Shown: positions 1-15,000 of the stretch, one piece after another
Layout of the letters: every line of letters begins with the position of its first letter
Numbering within the stretch: the first letter of the stretch is position 1
Assembly (NCBI RefSeq): GCF_038025025.1
Contig: NW_027117342.1
Coordinates: 682,001-746,000 of the forward strand
Direction: 5' to 3'
Origin: Phyllosticta citribraziliensis
Taxonomy: Eukaryota
DNA: 64,000 nucleotides
Translations under genes and position numbers: made by a program
The notes under the pieces: model-generated
Seen by the model: only the letters and a program-made list of their open reading frames with translations
Databases searched by the model: none
Told to the model about the DNA's origin: nothing

Positions 1-3000
1 TGCCGGTGTATCCTGTGTAGATTGTGGTAGTGCCTGCGTATGGCGTCTCAATAAGCACCGTGTCTGGTTCTCCAGTCTCTGTGGCATAGATGGTCGTGGA
101 AGTTGGCGTGAGTCCCGTGTATCCCGAAGTAAGCGTAATTGTGGACGGAATAGCCGAAGAGAAGGGTGTCTCAATCAGAACTGTGTCAGGCTCATCCGTG
201 TCAGTTGCATAGATAGTCGTTGAGGTGGGCGTCAGTCCCGTGTATCCCGAAGTGAGTGTAATCGTGGACGGCACCGCAGAAGAGAACGGCGTTTCAATTA
301 GGACAGTGTCAGGCTCTTCCGTACCAGTCGCGTAGATAGTTGTCGAAGTAGGTGTCAACCCTGTGTATCCCGAAGTTAAAGTGATTGTCGAAGCCGAGGC
401 GTAGGGAGTCTCTATCAAAACCGTGTCCGGTTCGTCCGTAGCTGTTGCGAAAATTGTTGTGGAGGTGGGAGTGAGCCCTGTGTACCCTGAGGTCAATGTA
501 ATCGTGGACGGAGAAGCGAAAGGAGTCTCGACCAAGACCGTATCAGGCTCATTGACGTCGGTGGCGTAAATCGTGGTCGATGTAGGGGTAAGTCCGGTAT
601 ATCCAGAGGTCAACGTGATAGTTGCTCGGCTCGTGGGAATTTCCACAAGAACAGTGTCAGGATCGCTGCTGATTATCGCAAAAATAGTTGTGGATGTGGG
701 GGTGCTTCCAGCGTATCCTGAAGTAAGCGTGACGGTGCTGCGAATTGGTGCAGAAGACGAGTAGGGGGTTTCGAGCAGAACAGTGTCTGGATCATCGCTC
801 GCCGAAGCAAAGATCGTTGTCAGCGAGGGGATGCTGCCAGTATAGCCAGATGTTAATGTGATGGTGCTTCGAGATGCAGAAGATGCAAATGGCGTTTCTA
901 TAAGCACCGTATCTGGGTCCTCGCTCGCCGTTGCAAATATGGTCGTCAAAGAAAGCGTGCTTCCCGAGTATCCTGAGGTCAACGTGATGGTGCTCCGAAT
1001 TCTAGACGACGCGTAAGGGGTTTCCAAGAGGACAGTGTCCGGATCTTCGCTTGCTGTCGCGAAAATCGTCGTCAATGAGGGCGTGATTCCAGAATAGCCG
1101 GAGGTTAGCGTGATTGTGCTCCGAATTGCGGATGACGAGAAGGGAGTTTCGAGAAGTACAGTATCCGGATCCTCACTGGCTGTCGCAAAAATAGTGGTCA
1201 ATGAGGGCGTAAGGCCGGTATATCCAGAAGTCAACGTAATAGTGCTTCGAACTGAAGACGACGCAAAGGGAGTCTCAATAAGGACAGTATCGGGCTCGTT
1301 GCTGGCCGAAGCAAAAATAGTAGTCGTCATGGGAGTGCTGCCAAGATACCCAGAAGTAATCGTAATCGTATTTCCGGTTGCGCTTGAAGGCGTTTCGACG
1401 AGAATCGTATCGGGTGCAGTCGGGTCCGTGGCGTAGATTGTGGTCGAAGTCAGGGAGCTACCGGCATAGCCGGAAGTAATAGTTACAGTTGCTCGTGCCG
1501 ATGTGCTGAAAGGCGTCTCGACGAGAATTGTGTCCGAGTCTTCACTGGCCGAAGCAAAAATGGTTGTCGAAGTGGGAGTGCTTCCGAGATACCCGGATGT
1601 GAGAGTGACAGTAGCCCGCGCCGATGGGCTCAGAGGGGTCTCGACAAGGACCGTATCTGGATCTGCACTGTTTGATGCGTAGATAGTCGTTGAAGTAGGA
1701 GTGCTTCCCAGATAACCAGAGGTAATTGTCAATGTAATTCTTGAAGGCACAGCGCTCGAGGGCACCTCTACGAGCACAGTATCGGGCTCATTGCTGGCAG
1801 TGGCGAAAATTGTAGTAGAAGTGGGCGTCACACCAGTCCACGTGAGAGTCGTGGTCACAGTGTAGCCTTCTTCCGCGGAGCTCAGCGGAGTTTCAATCAG
1901 GACCGTGTCCGGCGCACCAGGAACTGTAGCAAAGATTGTTGTCGAGGTCGGAAGGAGTCCTGTGTATGCAGAAGTAATAGTAATAGTGCTTCCAGGGAAA
2001 GCCGATGATGGAACTTGGACGAGGACGGTATCGGGATCCTCGCTGTTTGTCGCGAAGAGAGTAGTCGATGTGGGTGTGACTCCCGTCCACGTGACCGTCG
2101 TGGTGATTGTGTAATCTTCTACGGAGCTCAAGGGTGTTTCGATGAGCACGGTATCGGGTTGACCCGAGGCTGTGGCAAAGATTGTCGTGGAAGTGGGAGT
2201 GAGTCCCGTGTACGCCGAGGTGATTGTGACCGTGAGAGCGAATTCTGAGCTTGTAGGGGTTTCTATGAGCACAGTATCAGGTTCTCCGCTCTGGGTGGCA
2301 AAAATTGTCGTCGAAGTGGGGACAGAGCCTCCATAGCCGACAGTAGATGTCACCGTCAGAGGATTTGCCGAGGTTGGAGCAAAGTAAGGCGTCTGCACAA
2401 GGTACGTAGTCAGAGAATCCGTGCCAGTGGGGAAAAGACGAATAGTCTGAGTTGTTGAGCCGTCGTAGGCGCCGGTCAGAGTCTGAGACGCGTATTCACC
2501 ACCGAAGGGAGGAGGCGTGCTCGGAGTCGCAATGAAAGATGGCCCGTCGTCAATTGAAACCAAGTTTGTCGTCGTTCCACAGCAGTATCCTCTCGTTGAG
2601 ATTGTCGTTGGTATTCCAAAAGGTGTTTCAATGACAACAGTGATAATTTGCTCTCCGTCGCTTGCAGGTGTCAAAGTCGTGGTCTGAGGCGTTGCTCCAG
2701 TCCAGCCTTGTGTCGTGGTAATTGTGCTGAGAGGCTCTTCGAACGTCGAAGTTGGCACATTAACCTCTACAGTGTCGATCAAATCGCTGCCAGTGGCAAA
2801 CAAAGTTGTCGTAAAGGGCGTGCTTCCTGCGTAGAAATTCGTAATCGTCGTCGTCTGCCCAGCAGGAGAAGTAAAAGGAGTTTCCACTAGAACCGTGGTC
2901 AAGTCACCCATGGAAGATGGCGTCAACGTCGTGGTTGTCGGGACCAATCCTGTATACCCTTGAGTGATGGTCGTGATTCCCGTAGGCGCTGCAGTAGCAG

Positions 3001-6000
3001 ATGCGAGGTTCCATAGCGGGAGTTGCACGAAGACGGTAGTTTGGCGACCCGGCAAAAGCGGAGTAACTGTGGTAGTGCGAGCGACCAAGCCAGTGTACGG
3101 GATTGTCAGTGTGGTGAGCCCCGTGCCCGAAGCTTCCGAAGCAGCACTGAAAGGCGTCTCTACTACGACAGTAGTTTGTTGACCAGACGACAGAGGGAGA
3201 TATGTAGTGGTAGCAACACTTGAACCGAGGTAGGGAATGGTCAGAGTTGTTGCGCCTGGAGTTTCAATGAGAATCGTCGTCAAATCTCCAGGAAGGGTCG
3301 GGGAAATGGTGCGGGTGATTGTCGAGTCTCCCGTGTAGCCAATTGTGAGAATTGTTGCCCCAGGGAGAGAAAGAGAGCTTGAAACCTCAAAGGGCGTCTC
3401 AAAGAGGACAGTCGTGGGATCCCCGGGGAAAGCGGGAGTCAGTGTCGTCAAAAGAGGCATGCTGCCAGAGTATCCCGAAGTCAAAGTCACCACCGCCTGG
3501 CTGGGGAAGGGGGTTTGAAGCAGGACAGTAGTTGGATCTCCAGCCGTCGCAGGAAGAAGCGTGCTGAGGAACGGAATGCTTCCTGAGTATCCAGTAGTCA
3601 AGGTGACTTGATCAAGACTTGGGAAAGGCGTCTCAAGTAACACTGTGGTTGGGTCTCCAGGCGTAGCCGGGAAGAGAGTTGTCAGGTAGGGCACGCTGCC
3701 CAAGTAACCCGAAGTCAGAGTGACAATCCCTGGCACTGAAAACGGCGTCTCGACCAAAATTGTCGTCAATTCATCCGTCGCGGAAGGGAGGATCGTGGTG
3801 GTCCGTGGAGTAGTTCCCGAGTAACCCGTGGTTAAAGAAACGATACCAGACTGAGGGAAAGGTGTTTCGACCAAAACCGTAGTCGGGTCGCCGATTGCAG
3901 AGGGCTGCAGCGTAGTGGTGTAGGGCACACTGCCCGAGTAGCCAGAAGTCACTGACACCACACCTGGGACCGAGAATGGCGTTTCTATCAAAATTGTCGT
4001 CACGCCCCCGGAAACTGAAGGAAGAATTGTCGTCGTCGTAGGCACGCTGCCCGGGTACCCAGTCGTTATGTAAACCACGCCAGGCACCGAAAATGGCGTC
4101 TCAATCAGGACTGTGGTTGGATCGCCCGAGTTCAAGGGTAGCAGAGTTGTCGTGGTCGGGGTCGTCCCAGAATAACCAGATGTCAAAGTAACGATGCTTT
4201 GAGAAGCAAAGGGAGTTTCTACCAACACAGTAGTGGGATCTCCGGGCAATGAGGGTGTCAGCGTCGTCGTGTACGGCGTGGCACCCGAGTATCCTGTAGT
4301 TAAGGAAACCACTCCATTCGGGAAAGGTGTTTGAATCAAGACGGTCGTCTGATCGCCAGAGAATGAGGGCACCAAAGTTAAGGTTGTGGGAACACTGCCT
4401 GAATATCCCGTCGTGATAGTGACTTCTCCTACCGCAGAACTGAAAGGCGTCTCGACCAATACCGTCGTCTGGTCGTCGGGGTCCAGGGGAGTGAGGGTTC
4501 TTGTGAAAGGAATGCTTCCTGTGTACCCCGTCGTGATTGTAATTTGTCCGTCCTCACTGGCGAAGGGCGTCTCAACCAAAACAGTCGTCTGGTCGCCAGG
4601 GAAAGCGGGAGTGAGAGTGTATGTCGTGGGAACACTGCCTGAATAGCCCGTCGTAATCGTAACTTCTCCCGTTACAGAAATAAAAGGGGTTTCGACTAAA
4701 ACAGTTGTTTCATCGTCAGGGTCCGACGGGGTCAGGGTCCTCGTAAATGGAATACTGCCCGAATACCCGGTGGTGATAGTTACTTGGCCGTTGTCGCTGC
4801 TGAATGGCGTTTCTATCAAGACTGTGGTCTGATCTCCGGGGCTCAATGGAGACAGCGTCGTGGTGTAGGGAGTGCTGCCCGAGTAGCCAGTGGTGATGGT
4901 GACTTGGCCATTCTCAGAGCTGTAGGGCGTTTCTATCAAAACCGTAGTTTCGTCCTCAGGATCTAGGGGAAGTAGTGTTGTGGTTCGAGGCACGGCTCCC
5001 GAGTATCCGCTGGTCAAAGTCACCGCGCCTGGGCCAGTAGGAGCAGGCGTTTGGATGAGTACAGTCGTAGGATCTCCAGGGCTTAGCGGCTCGAGCGTAG
5101 TGGTGAAAGGAATGCTTCCAGTGTACCCTGTCGTTAAGGTGACCAATCCTGAGAAAGAAGCATAGGGTATTTGGACTAGAACCGTGGTACTTCCGTCGGA
5201 GAGGAACGGGAGAATGGTCGTCGTCGTAGGAACGCTTCCAGGGTATCCAACGGTGCGAGTAGTGATTCCAGGGACGAAAGACGAACTGAAGGGCGTTTGT
5301 ATCAAAATTGTCGTCAAATCGCCGAGTGCGGTGGGCGCAAACGTCTGCGTGATTGGAATAATGCCAGAGTAGCCGCTGTACAGAGTTGTGACTCCAGCAA
5401 GGGCTGAGCTTGCGGGTGTCTCGATAAGAATAGTTGTCAAGTCGCCGCTCGCGGTGGGAAGGAAAGTTCGCGTCGTTGGGGTCACCCCAGTGTATCCACT
5501 GAACAAGGTAGTCGCACCGGCCAGGCCACTGAATGGTGTTTCGATCAATACTGTTGTTCGATCGCCGCTCACAGTTGGGAGAATAGTGGTGGTCGTCGGA
5601 GTGGATCCTCCGTATCCAAGGGTCACTGTCACAGCCCCTGAGGCAAAAACCGCAGTCGGGGTCTGAATAAGGACCGTAGTTAGATCTCCGGCCGCGCCCG
5701 GGCTCAAGGTGGTAGTGCTGATGATTGAACCCGAGTAGCCTGAAGTGACTGTGGTCACTGTAGCCGGAGCTGCAGTAGGCAGGAATAGGGCCGTCTGGGG
5801 TTGATGGAAGATGATGAAGGCCGGTCCTCCGCGCGTACCGGGAAGAATGGTCACCGCTGTCGGCGTTGACCCCAAGTACGAAGTTGTCAGGCTGATAGTT
5901 CCAGTGCCGGACGCGGGCAAACTAGTAAACAAGGCTGACACCGGAACTTGGACGAGCACAGTGCTCTGACCTCCAGAAGATGTTGGTGCAATTGTAGACG

Positions 6001-9000
6001 TTGTTGGGGTCGTTCCATCATATGCTTCTGTAATGAGGAGAGCACCAGTTGTGGGAACAGGATTAGCCACCACTATGGTCGTCCGGCCACCAGATTCGCT
6101 TGGGAGGAATGTTGCAGTTGTTGGAGTGGAGCCCACATAAGTCTGCGACAAAGTGATGATGCCGCCAATCGCCTGCGACGTGATTGATGGAATACTTGGA
6201 GTCTCGATGAGAACTGTCGTCAATCCGCCCAGACTTCCGGGGGCGAGGGTGGAGGTCAAAGGAGCCGTGATGGGAAGAGAGCCTGTGTACGCTTGGGTCA
6301 ACGTCGTGACTCCTGGCTCTGGTGACGCTATAGGGGTTTGCACGAGGATGGTAGTGAGATCGCCAGAGGCAGTGGGCAGATATGTGCTCGTGAGGGGGGC
6401 AGTGAGTAATTCTGTTCCTGAGTAGGGAACAGTCAAGGAAGTGACACCCAGAAGTTGAGGAGTTTGGACCAAAATTATCGTCGGTTGTCCAGAAATTGTC
6501 GGCAACAGCGTAGAGGTCAATGGAGCCGTAATTTCAACGCTTCCCGTGTAGGGGACGGTCGAATAAACAATACCTGACGCAGCTGGGACTTGAACAAGGA
6601 CAGTGGTCGGATCTCCGAGCGCCGATGGCAGCAGCGTAGACGTCAATGGGGCCGTAATTGGAATGCTTCCCGTGTACGGCACGGTCAGAGAAATAAGGCC
6701 TGACGCAGCTGGGACTTGCACGAGGATAGTAGTAGGCTCGCCGGAAATTGTCGGAAGGAGAGTTGACGTCAAAGGAGCCGTTATTGGGATGCTTCCAGTA
6801 TAGGGAATGGTCAGTGAAGTAATGCCTGGAGCAGCGGACGCGACAGGGGTCTGAATAAGGATAGTTGTCAAATCCCCAGAGGCCGTCGGCAAAATCGTGG
6901 AAGTTAGAGGCGCAATGATGGGCAAACTTCCACTGTACGGAACCGTTAGAGAAGTAATGCCTGGAGCAAGAGTCGGGACTGGAATTTGCACGAGGACTGT
7001 AGTAATTTCGTCGGAAGCCGTCGGCAGAATTGTCGACGTCAAAGCAGCGGTGATGGGGAGAGTGCCCGTGTAAAGTTGCGTCAAAGTTGTGATTCCTGAG
7101 GGATATGCAACGGGGGTCTGGATAATTACTGAAGTAATTTCTCCCGACGCGGTTGGCAGAAGCGTCGACGTCAAGGGAATCGTGATGGGCAGAGAGCCCG
7201 TGTACGCTTGAGTCAACGTCGTGATCCCCAAAGGAGCGGAAGGAGTCTGAATAATGATCGATGTGATTTCTCCTAGTGCGGTTGGTAGAATTGTCGACGT
7301 CAGGGGAGCAGTCAAGGCCTCGGTCCCTACGTAAGGAATTGTCAGAGTAGTAATACCAGAAGCCAAGGCTGCTGCCGGCGTTTGCACCAAAATGGTGGTT
7401 AATTCTCCACTGGCAGTTGGTAGGATCGTCGAAGTCAATGGGGCCGTCAACAGCGCAGTTCCAGTGTACGGAATCGTCAAAGATGTGACACCTGAGGTGG
7501 GCAAGACACTGCTCAGAGGAATTTGCACCAAAATTGTGGTCAAGTCTCCGGTAGCGGTGGGTAGAATGGTTGACGTGAGAGGAGCCGTAAGCAGGGCAGT
7601 GCCTTCGTACGGAAGAGTTACGTAGGTCACGCCAGAAGCGACTGGAGCTTCGCTGTTGGGCGTCTGCACCAAAATTGTGGTCAAATCTCCGGTTGCTGTG
7701 GGTAGAATCGTCGACGTGACAGGGGCCGTGATAAGGGCAGTGCCAGCGTATGGCAAAGTGACGTAGGTCACACCAGTTTCTGCTGTAGACGTAATGGCGG
7801 GGATCTGAATCAGGACCGTCGTTAAATCGCCAGAGGCAGTAGGGAGCAGCGTCGAAGTCAGGGGAGCCGTCAGCAACGCGGTTCCAACGTAGGGCACGGT
7901 CAGGGTGGTAATTCCCGAGGCTGAGGGGGCGCTGGTCGCAGGAATTTGGACTAACACGGTAGTGATCTCGCCCGAGGCGGTCGGAAGCAAAGTCGAGGTC
8001 AAGGGAGCCGTGAGAAGTGCAGTTCCAACGTAGGGAATGGTCAACGTCGTGATGCCCGATGCAGCGGAGGCTGCCCCGGCCGGGGTTTGCACTAAGACTG
8101 TCGTTAAATCGCCCGAGACGGTCGGCAGCAACGTGGAAGTCAAGGGAGTGGTGAGCAACGCGGTTCCCGAGTACGGTATAGTCAATGTGGTAATGCCCTC
8201 GGCCGATGAGACGGCGCCGGGTGGCGTTTGGATGACCACTGAAGTCAATTCGCCAGAAACCGTTGGGAAAACCGTCGAGGTGAGAGGAGCCGACAAATTC
8301 AACGTCCCGGTGTATGGGACTGTGTAGGTGGTAATTCCAGGTTCAAAAGGAGAAGCGGGCGGGGTCTGGATAATGACAGATGTCAAATCACCAGAAATGG
8401 TTGGCAAAATTGTCTGTGTTAAAGCAGCGGACAAACTCAAAGTTCCAGAGTAGGGAATTGTCAGGGTCGTAATTCCCGATGCAGCGGCCGGCGTTTGAAT
8501 GAGGACTGTCGTCAAATCACCCGAGATAGTCGGTACAATAGTGCTGGTCAATGGGGCGGTCAGAATCGCGGTTCCGGTGTACGGGATGGTCAACGAAGTG
8601 ATTCCTGGCGCTGGGGACGCGCCTGGGGGCGTTTGAACAAGTACAGTAGTCAAGCCGTCCGAGGCTGTCGGCAGAAGAGTAGTAGTCGACGGGGCCGTCA
8701 AAAATTCAGTGCCCGTAAAAGGAAGGGTCACAAAAGTGATTCCCCTTGCTGCTGGCGGCGTTTGGATAAGCACTGTCGTTAACTCTCCAGACAAAGTTGG
8801 CAGTAATGTCGTCGTCAGGGGAGCAGTCAGAGACGCAGTTCCAACGTAAGGTACAGTCAAGGTCGTAATTCCACTAATTTGAGGAGCGGCTGGCGGCGTT
8901 TGCACCAAAATAGTTGTCAAATCGCCCGAGACAGTAGGCAGCAGAGTACTTGTCAAAGGGGCACTCAGAGACGCAGTTCCCGTGTAAGGTACCGTAAGAT

Positions 9001-12000
9001 ACGTAATTCCATTGCCTGGAGAAGCAGCTGGCGGAGTTTGGACCAAAATCGTTGTCAAGCCTCCCGAAGACGCAGGGGGTATTATTTGCGTAATTGGGGC
9101 CGTGATTGCCGAAGTTCCATTATACGCCACAGTCAGGGACGTAACGCCCGGAGCTGGGGAGGTAGCTGCAGGTACTTGGACTAGGATTGTCGTCAAATCT
9201 CCCGACGCAGTCGGCACAATGGTAGATGTGAGAGGAGCAGTCAAGAGCGCCGTTCCGGGGTACGGCACCGTCAAAAATGTGACGCCTGAGGGTCGGGGAG
9301 ATGCAGGTGTCTGCACCAAGATGGTAGTCAATTGACCTGACGCGCTAGGTAAAAGAGTGCTCGTAAGAGGGGCCGTCAGGGACGCAGTTCCAGTGTACTC
9401 AATAGTGAGCGACGTTACGCCAGACTCCTGAGGAGCGGCTGATGCGGGCGTCTCGACGAGTACCGTAGTCAAATCACCTGAAATTGATGGCTGGATCGTG
9501 GTCGTAAGAGGGGCCGTGATGAGAGAAGTTCCTGTGTAAGGGCGAGTAAGAGAAGTTACTCCAAATGCAGCAGCCGGTGTCTCCACAAGGATGGTGGTCA
9601 AATCGCCCGATATTGATGGCTGGATTGTGGCCGTAAGAGGAGCCGTGATGAGGGAAGTTCCTGTATAAGGCCGAGTAAGATAAGTGACCCCCGATGCAGC
9701 AGCCGGGGTCTCCACGAGGATTGTGGTCAAATCGCCCGAAACAGTGGGAAGAATAGTCGTGGAAGTCGGCGTGAGGCCTGTCCAAGGCAACGTGACGTAG
9801 GTAATTCCCGAAGCTGAAGGTGTCTCAACCAAAATAGTCGTCAAATCGCCCGAGACAGTCGGCAAAATAGTTGATGTTGTTGGGGTGGCACCGCCGTAGG
9901 GCAAAGTCACGTAAGTGATTCCAGAGGGCGAGGGCGTTTCGACGAGCACAGTGGTCAAATCTCCGGATGCAGTGGGAAGAATAGTCGAAGTAAGAGGCGC
10001 AGTGATTGCCGACGTGCCCGTGTACGGAATTGTCAACGTAGTGATACCAGAAGCACTCGGCGGAGCCGCGGAAGCTGGTGTCTCGACCAGAACTGTCGTC
10101 AAATCTCCAGAGGCAGTTGGGGGAATTGTCAACGTCGTAGTAATGCTTCCGCTCCACGGTCGGGTGACGTAGGTCACGCCAGACGCAGGAGAGGCAGAAA
10201 GCGAAGCAGACGCCGGGATCTGTACGTAGACTGTGGTCAAATCGCCGGATGCAGTCGGGAGAACGGTAAACGTCGTTGGGGTTGTTCCATTGTATCGAGA
10301 CGTCACCGTGGTGATACCCGAAGCAGCAGACTCGGAGGCTTCGTAGTCCGGCGGAATTTCGATGACCACCGTCTCCGGGTCTCCGGAATTGGCGGGCGGG
10401 AGGGTAAAAGTGGTTATTGGAGCATTGCTTGCGCCTGGGAGCGTCACAGTGACAGCATTCACGGGCCCAGTGGATGCGCCTGGCCCAGTGGCCGAAGCCC
10501 CGGGAGCCGAGGACGGAGTCAAAGACGCAGACGTGGACGTCGTCTCTGCGCTCACGGTAGCCGGAGTAAGCAGATCTGAAAGGATGCGTGATACACTTGC
10601 CGCAGGAAGTCTTGAAGAAAGGGCCTGGATGGCCGAAATGATACTGGCCTCAGCGGAAGGAAGAGCAGCGGGATCGATCGACGTGAAACCGAGAAGGTCT
10701 GACAAGATGCTCGAAGCTTCTGGGTCCTCAAGGTCCGCAAGATCGTAGAGAGCGCGAGCGAGCGGGATGTTGTTGAGTGTGCGTCTTATCGATGCAGTTC
10801 TTGGCTGCGTCAAGGAGGCCAGTTCTGAAAGCACAGACGGCTGGACGGCAAAAGAAAGCGATGCCAGCTCGGAGCTGAGGGAAGAAATCGCCGAGATGGA
10901 TTCATCGGGCGGTAGAGAGCTGATGCTCGACAGAGCCGAGATGATGCTAGATATCTCCGACGCTGGGAAGGACGCGCTTGGCGTGATTGGCGTCGAGAAG
11001 TTTCCAGTGGCGTTGAAAGTTGAAAAGCTCGAGAAAGATGGAGTGCCTAAAGTACCAGACACGCTCTCCGACGAAGAAAGGCCAAAGAAGCTCGAAAGAG
11101 ACGCCAGCAATCCAGTGGCGGAGGAGCTGCTCGTTGGCAAAGGCGTAGTGGGGGGAGTCTGGGTAATTGGGGTGACTGTTGGGACAAAAGACGGCGTTTC
11201 CACCACCACAGTTCCAAAGGAATCCGTGCCTGTGGGGAAAAGCGTGATCGTACGAGTAGTGAGGCCGCTGTAACCGGCAGTCAGAGTCTGCGAGGCGAGA
11301 GCTCCAGTGTAGACCGTGGCAGTGACAGGGTAGATCACAAAAGTGCTCTCCGTCAGGCCAGGGTAAGGATTCACGACCAAAGTGTCGGTGCTGACGCCGC
11401 CCACGTACTGCCGCGTCGCGGCGCTTGTGATGAGCGGAGCGGTCGAGCTTGCAGCTGCTGAAGGCGTCTCAATGACCACCGTACCGTACAAGTCGGTTCC
11501 CGTGGGAAGCAGAGTGATAGTCTGGGTAGTAGAGCCGTCGTAAGCTGCGGTCAGGGTCTGTGAAACGACAGGACCAGTGAATAAAGCCGTGGCAGGGGCT
11601 GCAATAATGATCGGTCTTCGGGTTAGTCCCGAAACTGGATTCACGACCAACGTATTTGTGGCCGATCCGCCCACGTAAGATCTTGTCTCGGTGCTGGTTG
11701 ATGGTCCAGCCGATAGCGCAGGGGTCTCGATGACAATGGTTCCAAACGAATCAGTGCCCGTGGGCAAGAGAGTAATTGTTTGCGTAGTGGGACCGTCGTA
11801 TGCAGCAGTCAAGGTCTGGGAAATCACTGGACCAGTGAACAGACTGGTTGCTGGAGCGACAACAAAAGGGCTTTGAGTGATTCCTGAGACGGGGTCCACG
11901 ATCAAGGTGTTGGTGGCCGTTCCACCTACGTAGGACCTCGTAGCAGTGCTCGCACTGGCCGAGGGCCCAGACGTCAGCGCCGGGGTTTCAATAACCACCG

Positions 12001-15000
12001 TGCCAAAAGTGTCTGTCCCAGTAGGGAGAAGCGTAATGGTCTGAGTTGTCGACCCGGAATAAGGAGCAGTCAAAGTCTGAGAGACTACTGGGCCAGTAAA
12101 TATGCCAGTAGCAGGCGAAATTACGAACGGTCCGTCCGAAACACCTTGAGATAGATCGAATTGCAAGGTAGTAGTCACTGTACCGCCCACATAGGACCTC
12201 GTTGCTGTCACGGACGGCGCAGCAGTTAGAGCTGGGGTCTCGATCACAACGGTGCCGAAACCGTCGGTGCCAGTGGGCAAGAGGGTGATGGTTTGAGTGG
12301 TGGAGCCCGCATAGGGAGCCGTCAAAGTCTGCGAGACAACGGGGCCAGTGAAAACGCCAGTGGCAGGTGAGATGATGAAAGGCCCGTCTGATACGCCTTG
12401 AGAAGGATCAAATTGCAGCGTAGCAGTTGTAGTCCCGCCAACATAAGACCTTGTAGAAGTGGAGAACGGTCCGGCAGTCAGTGCCGGAGTTTCGATAACG
12501 ACGGTGCCAAAAACATCGGTACCCGTGGGTAGAAGGGTGATTGTCTGGGTAGTTGAGCCAGCATAGGGAGCAGTCAAGGTCTGAGACACAACAGGGCCAG
12601 TGAAAATTCCTGTTGCAGGTGCAATTACAAAAGGCCCGTCGGAAACACCTTGAGATGGATCAAACAGGAGGGTAGTGGTCGCAACGCCGCCGACATATGA
12701 CCTCGTCGTGAGGGAAGTACTCGACGGGAACGCGGAGCCAGACTCCTCAGGACTGATGCCCGACGCCGAAGACTCCGCTCCAGGGGTCGATGGAATGGTA
12801 GAGTTTGCCGAAGGTGTGATTTGAGGGAAACTGTTGGGCGGGCTACCAGAAGCTGCACTCGAAAACAATGAGCTGATGAAGGAAGATAGACCAACAAATG
12901 ACCCGGTGCTGTTGCTTCCAACAGGAAAAGACGCAGTCATGCTAGCAGTCGGCGCTGACAAAGTCGGCAGCGCCGCCGGCGTCTCGACGACCACAGTAGC
13001 AAAACCACCAGACACGGTTGGCAGCAGAGTGATTGTCCGAGTAGTCGTTCCGTCATACGCTGCCGTCTCCGTGATTGGGTCTACGGGGCCGGTGTAGAGG
13101 GCGTTGTAGGGAATACCGACGATGATACTTCTTCGTCCTTGGCCCCTAGGATTCGGCGTAAGGGTTGCAGTTGTCGTTCCACCTACATAGAACACGGTGT
13201 ACGTAATGGTCTCTTCTGAGCTGGAACTCAATGAAGAAGGCAAGATGCTGCCGCTCTCTGATGGGATTGCCGAAGTAATGGATTCAGGGGTTGAGCTAAG
13301 GGAAAGCGAACCAGAGGGAATCGAGAAGTTTCCGCTTGGACGAAGAGATGAAAAGGCAGTCGGCAAAGTGCTTTCTGAGCTCAGGGAGGGATCTTGAACG
13401 AGAATTGTGGTCAATCCGCCCGAGACAGTTGGCAATATTGTGGACGTCAAAGGCGCAGTAAGGGCAGCCGTCCCGGAATAAGGTACTGTGACAAAAGTTA
13501 CACCGGAGGGAGCGGAAACGGAGGCAGCTGGCCCAGTGGCCGGAGTCTGAATGAGAATTGTGGTCGGCTCGCCCGAAATTGTCGGCAAAATGGTAGAGGT
13601 CAGCGGGGCAGTAATAGAGGCCGTGCCGGAGTAAGCAGCTGTCACAAAAGTAATGCCAGAGGGAGAATTCGTCGATTCAGACGGCCCTGCCACAGGCGTC
13701 TCGACGTAAATCGTCGTCAAATCCCCGGCCGCAGTTGGCAGAATCGTGAAAGTCACGGGCGCCGTGATGAGGGAGGTTCCAGGGTAGGGGACGGTAATGT
13801 AGGTCACGCCAGATTGAGCAGGCTGAATGCTCCCTGGGGTCTGCACTAAAATAGTCGTTGGCTGCCCAGGAGCAGTCGGCAGAAGCGTCTGGGTGATAGG
13901 AGCCGTAAGTGACGACGTGCCGGAGTATGGAAGCGTCAGGTATGTTACTCCTGAAGAAGCAGTAGTCGAGCTGTTTGAGGGAACGCTTTGACCTGCCGGG
14001 GTTTCGACTAGGATCGTCGTCAATTCTCCGGACGCAGTAGGGAGAATCGTGGTCGTTCGAGGCCCTGTCAATGACCCAGTGCCAGCATAAGGCAGCGTGA
14101 CAAAAGTGACGCCAGATGGAGCATTCGATGGAGTGGCTGTGGCACCTTGGCCGACGGGAGTTTCTACGAGGATAGTAGTTGGCTCCCCCGAGATAGTCGG
14201 TAGAATTGTGGTCGTAAAAGGCGCCGTCAGTGATTCAGTGCCTGTGTAGGGCTCCGTAATATAAACAACGCCCAAACCGCGTGGAGTTTGGACCAGGATA
14301 GTAGTGCGCCCGCGGGAATTAGTTGGCAGGATGGTCGTGGTCAACGGCGCCGTCAATGAAGCAGTTCCCGTGTAAGGCACTGTCAACGTAGTGATGCCCG
14401 TGTCTGTTGGAGATTCCGCTTCGTTTGAGACTGGGGTGGCGACCAGAATTGTGGTTGGTTCCCCGGAGACAGTTGGGAGAATTGTAGACGTGATTGGCCC
14501 AGTAAGTGACTCAGTTCCCGTATAGGGCTCCGTTATGTAAACAACGCCCAAACCACGTGGAGTCTGAATCAACACCGTGGTGCGCCCGCGAGAATTCGTC
14601 GGTAGGATGGTAGTGGTGAAAGGCGCGGTCAGTGAGGAAGTTCCCGTGTACGGAAGTGTCAACGTCGTAATTCCAGCATCTGAAGGCGGTGTCTGGACTA
14701 ATACCGTGGTCGATTGTCCTGATGCGGTCGGGAGAAGAGTAGTCGTGATCGGGGCAGTCAGAGACGCGGTTCCATCATACGGGAGAGTGATAGTAATGAT
14801 TCCGGAGACCACGGGCGAGCCTGCTGCTGGTGTTTCGATAACGACGGTGGTTGATCCGCCTGAAGACGAGGGGTAGATTGTCGACGTGATAGGGGCGGTC
14901 AAGGACGAGGTTCCATCATAGGGGAGGTAGATGGTCGTAATTCCAGAAGCTTGAGGAGCATTCGTTGCCCCGGCAGGTGTTTCGACGAGGATTGTGGTCA

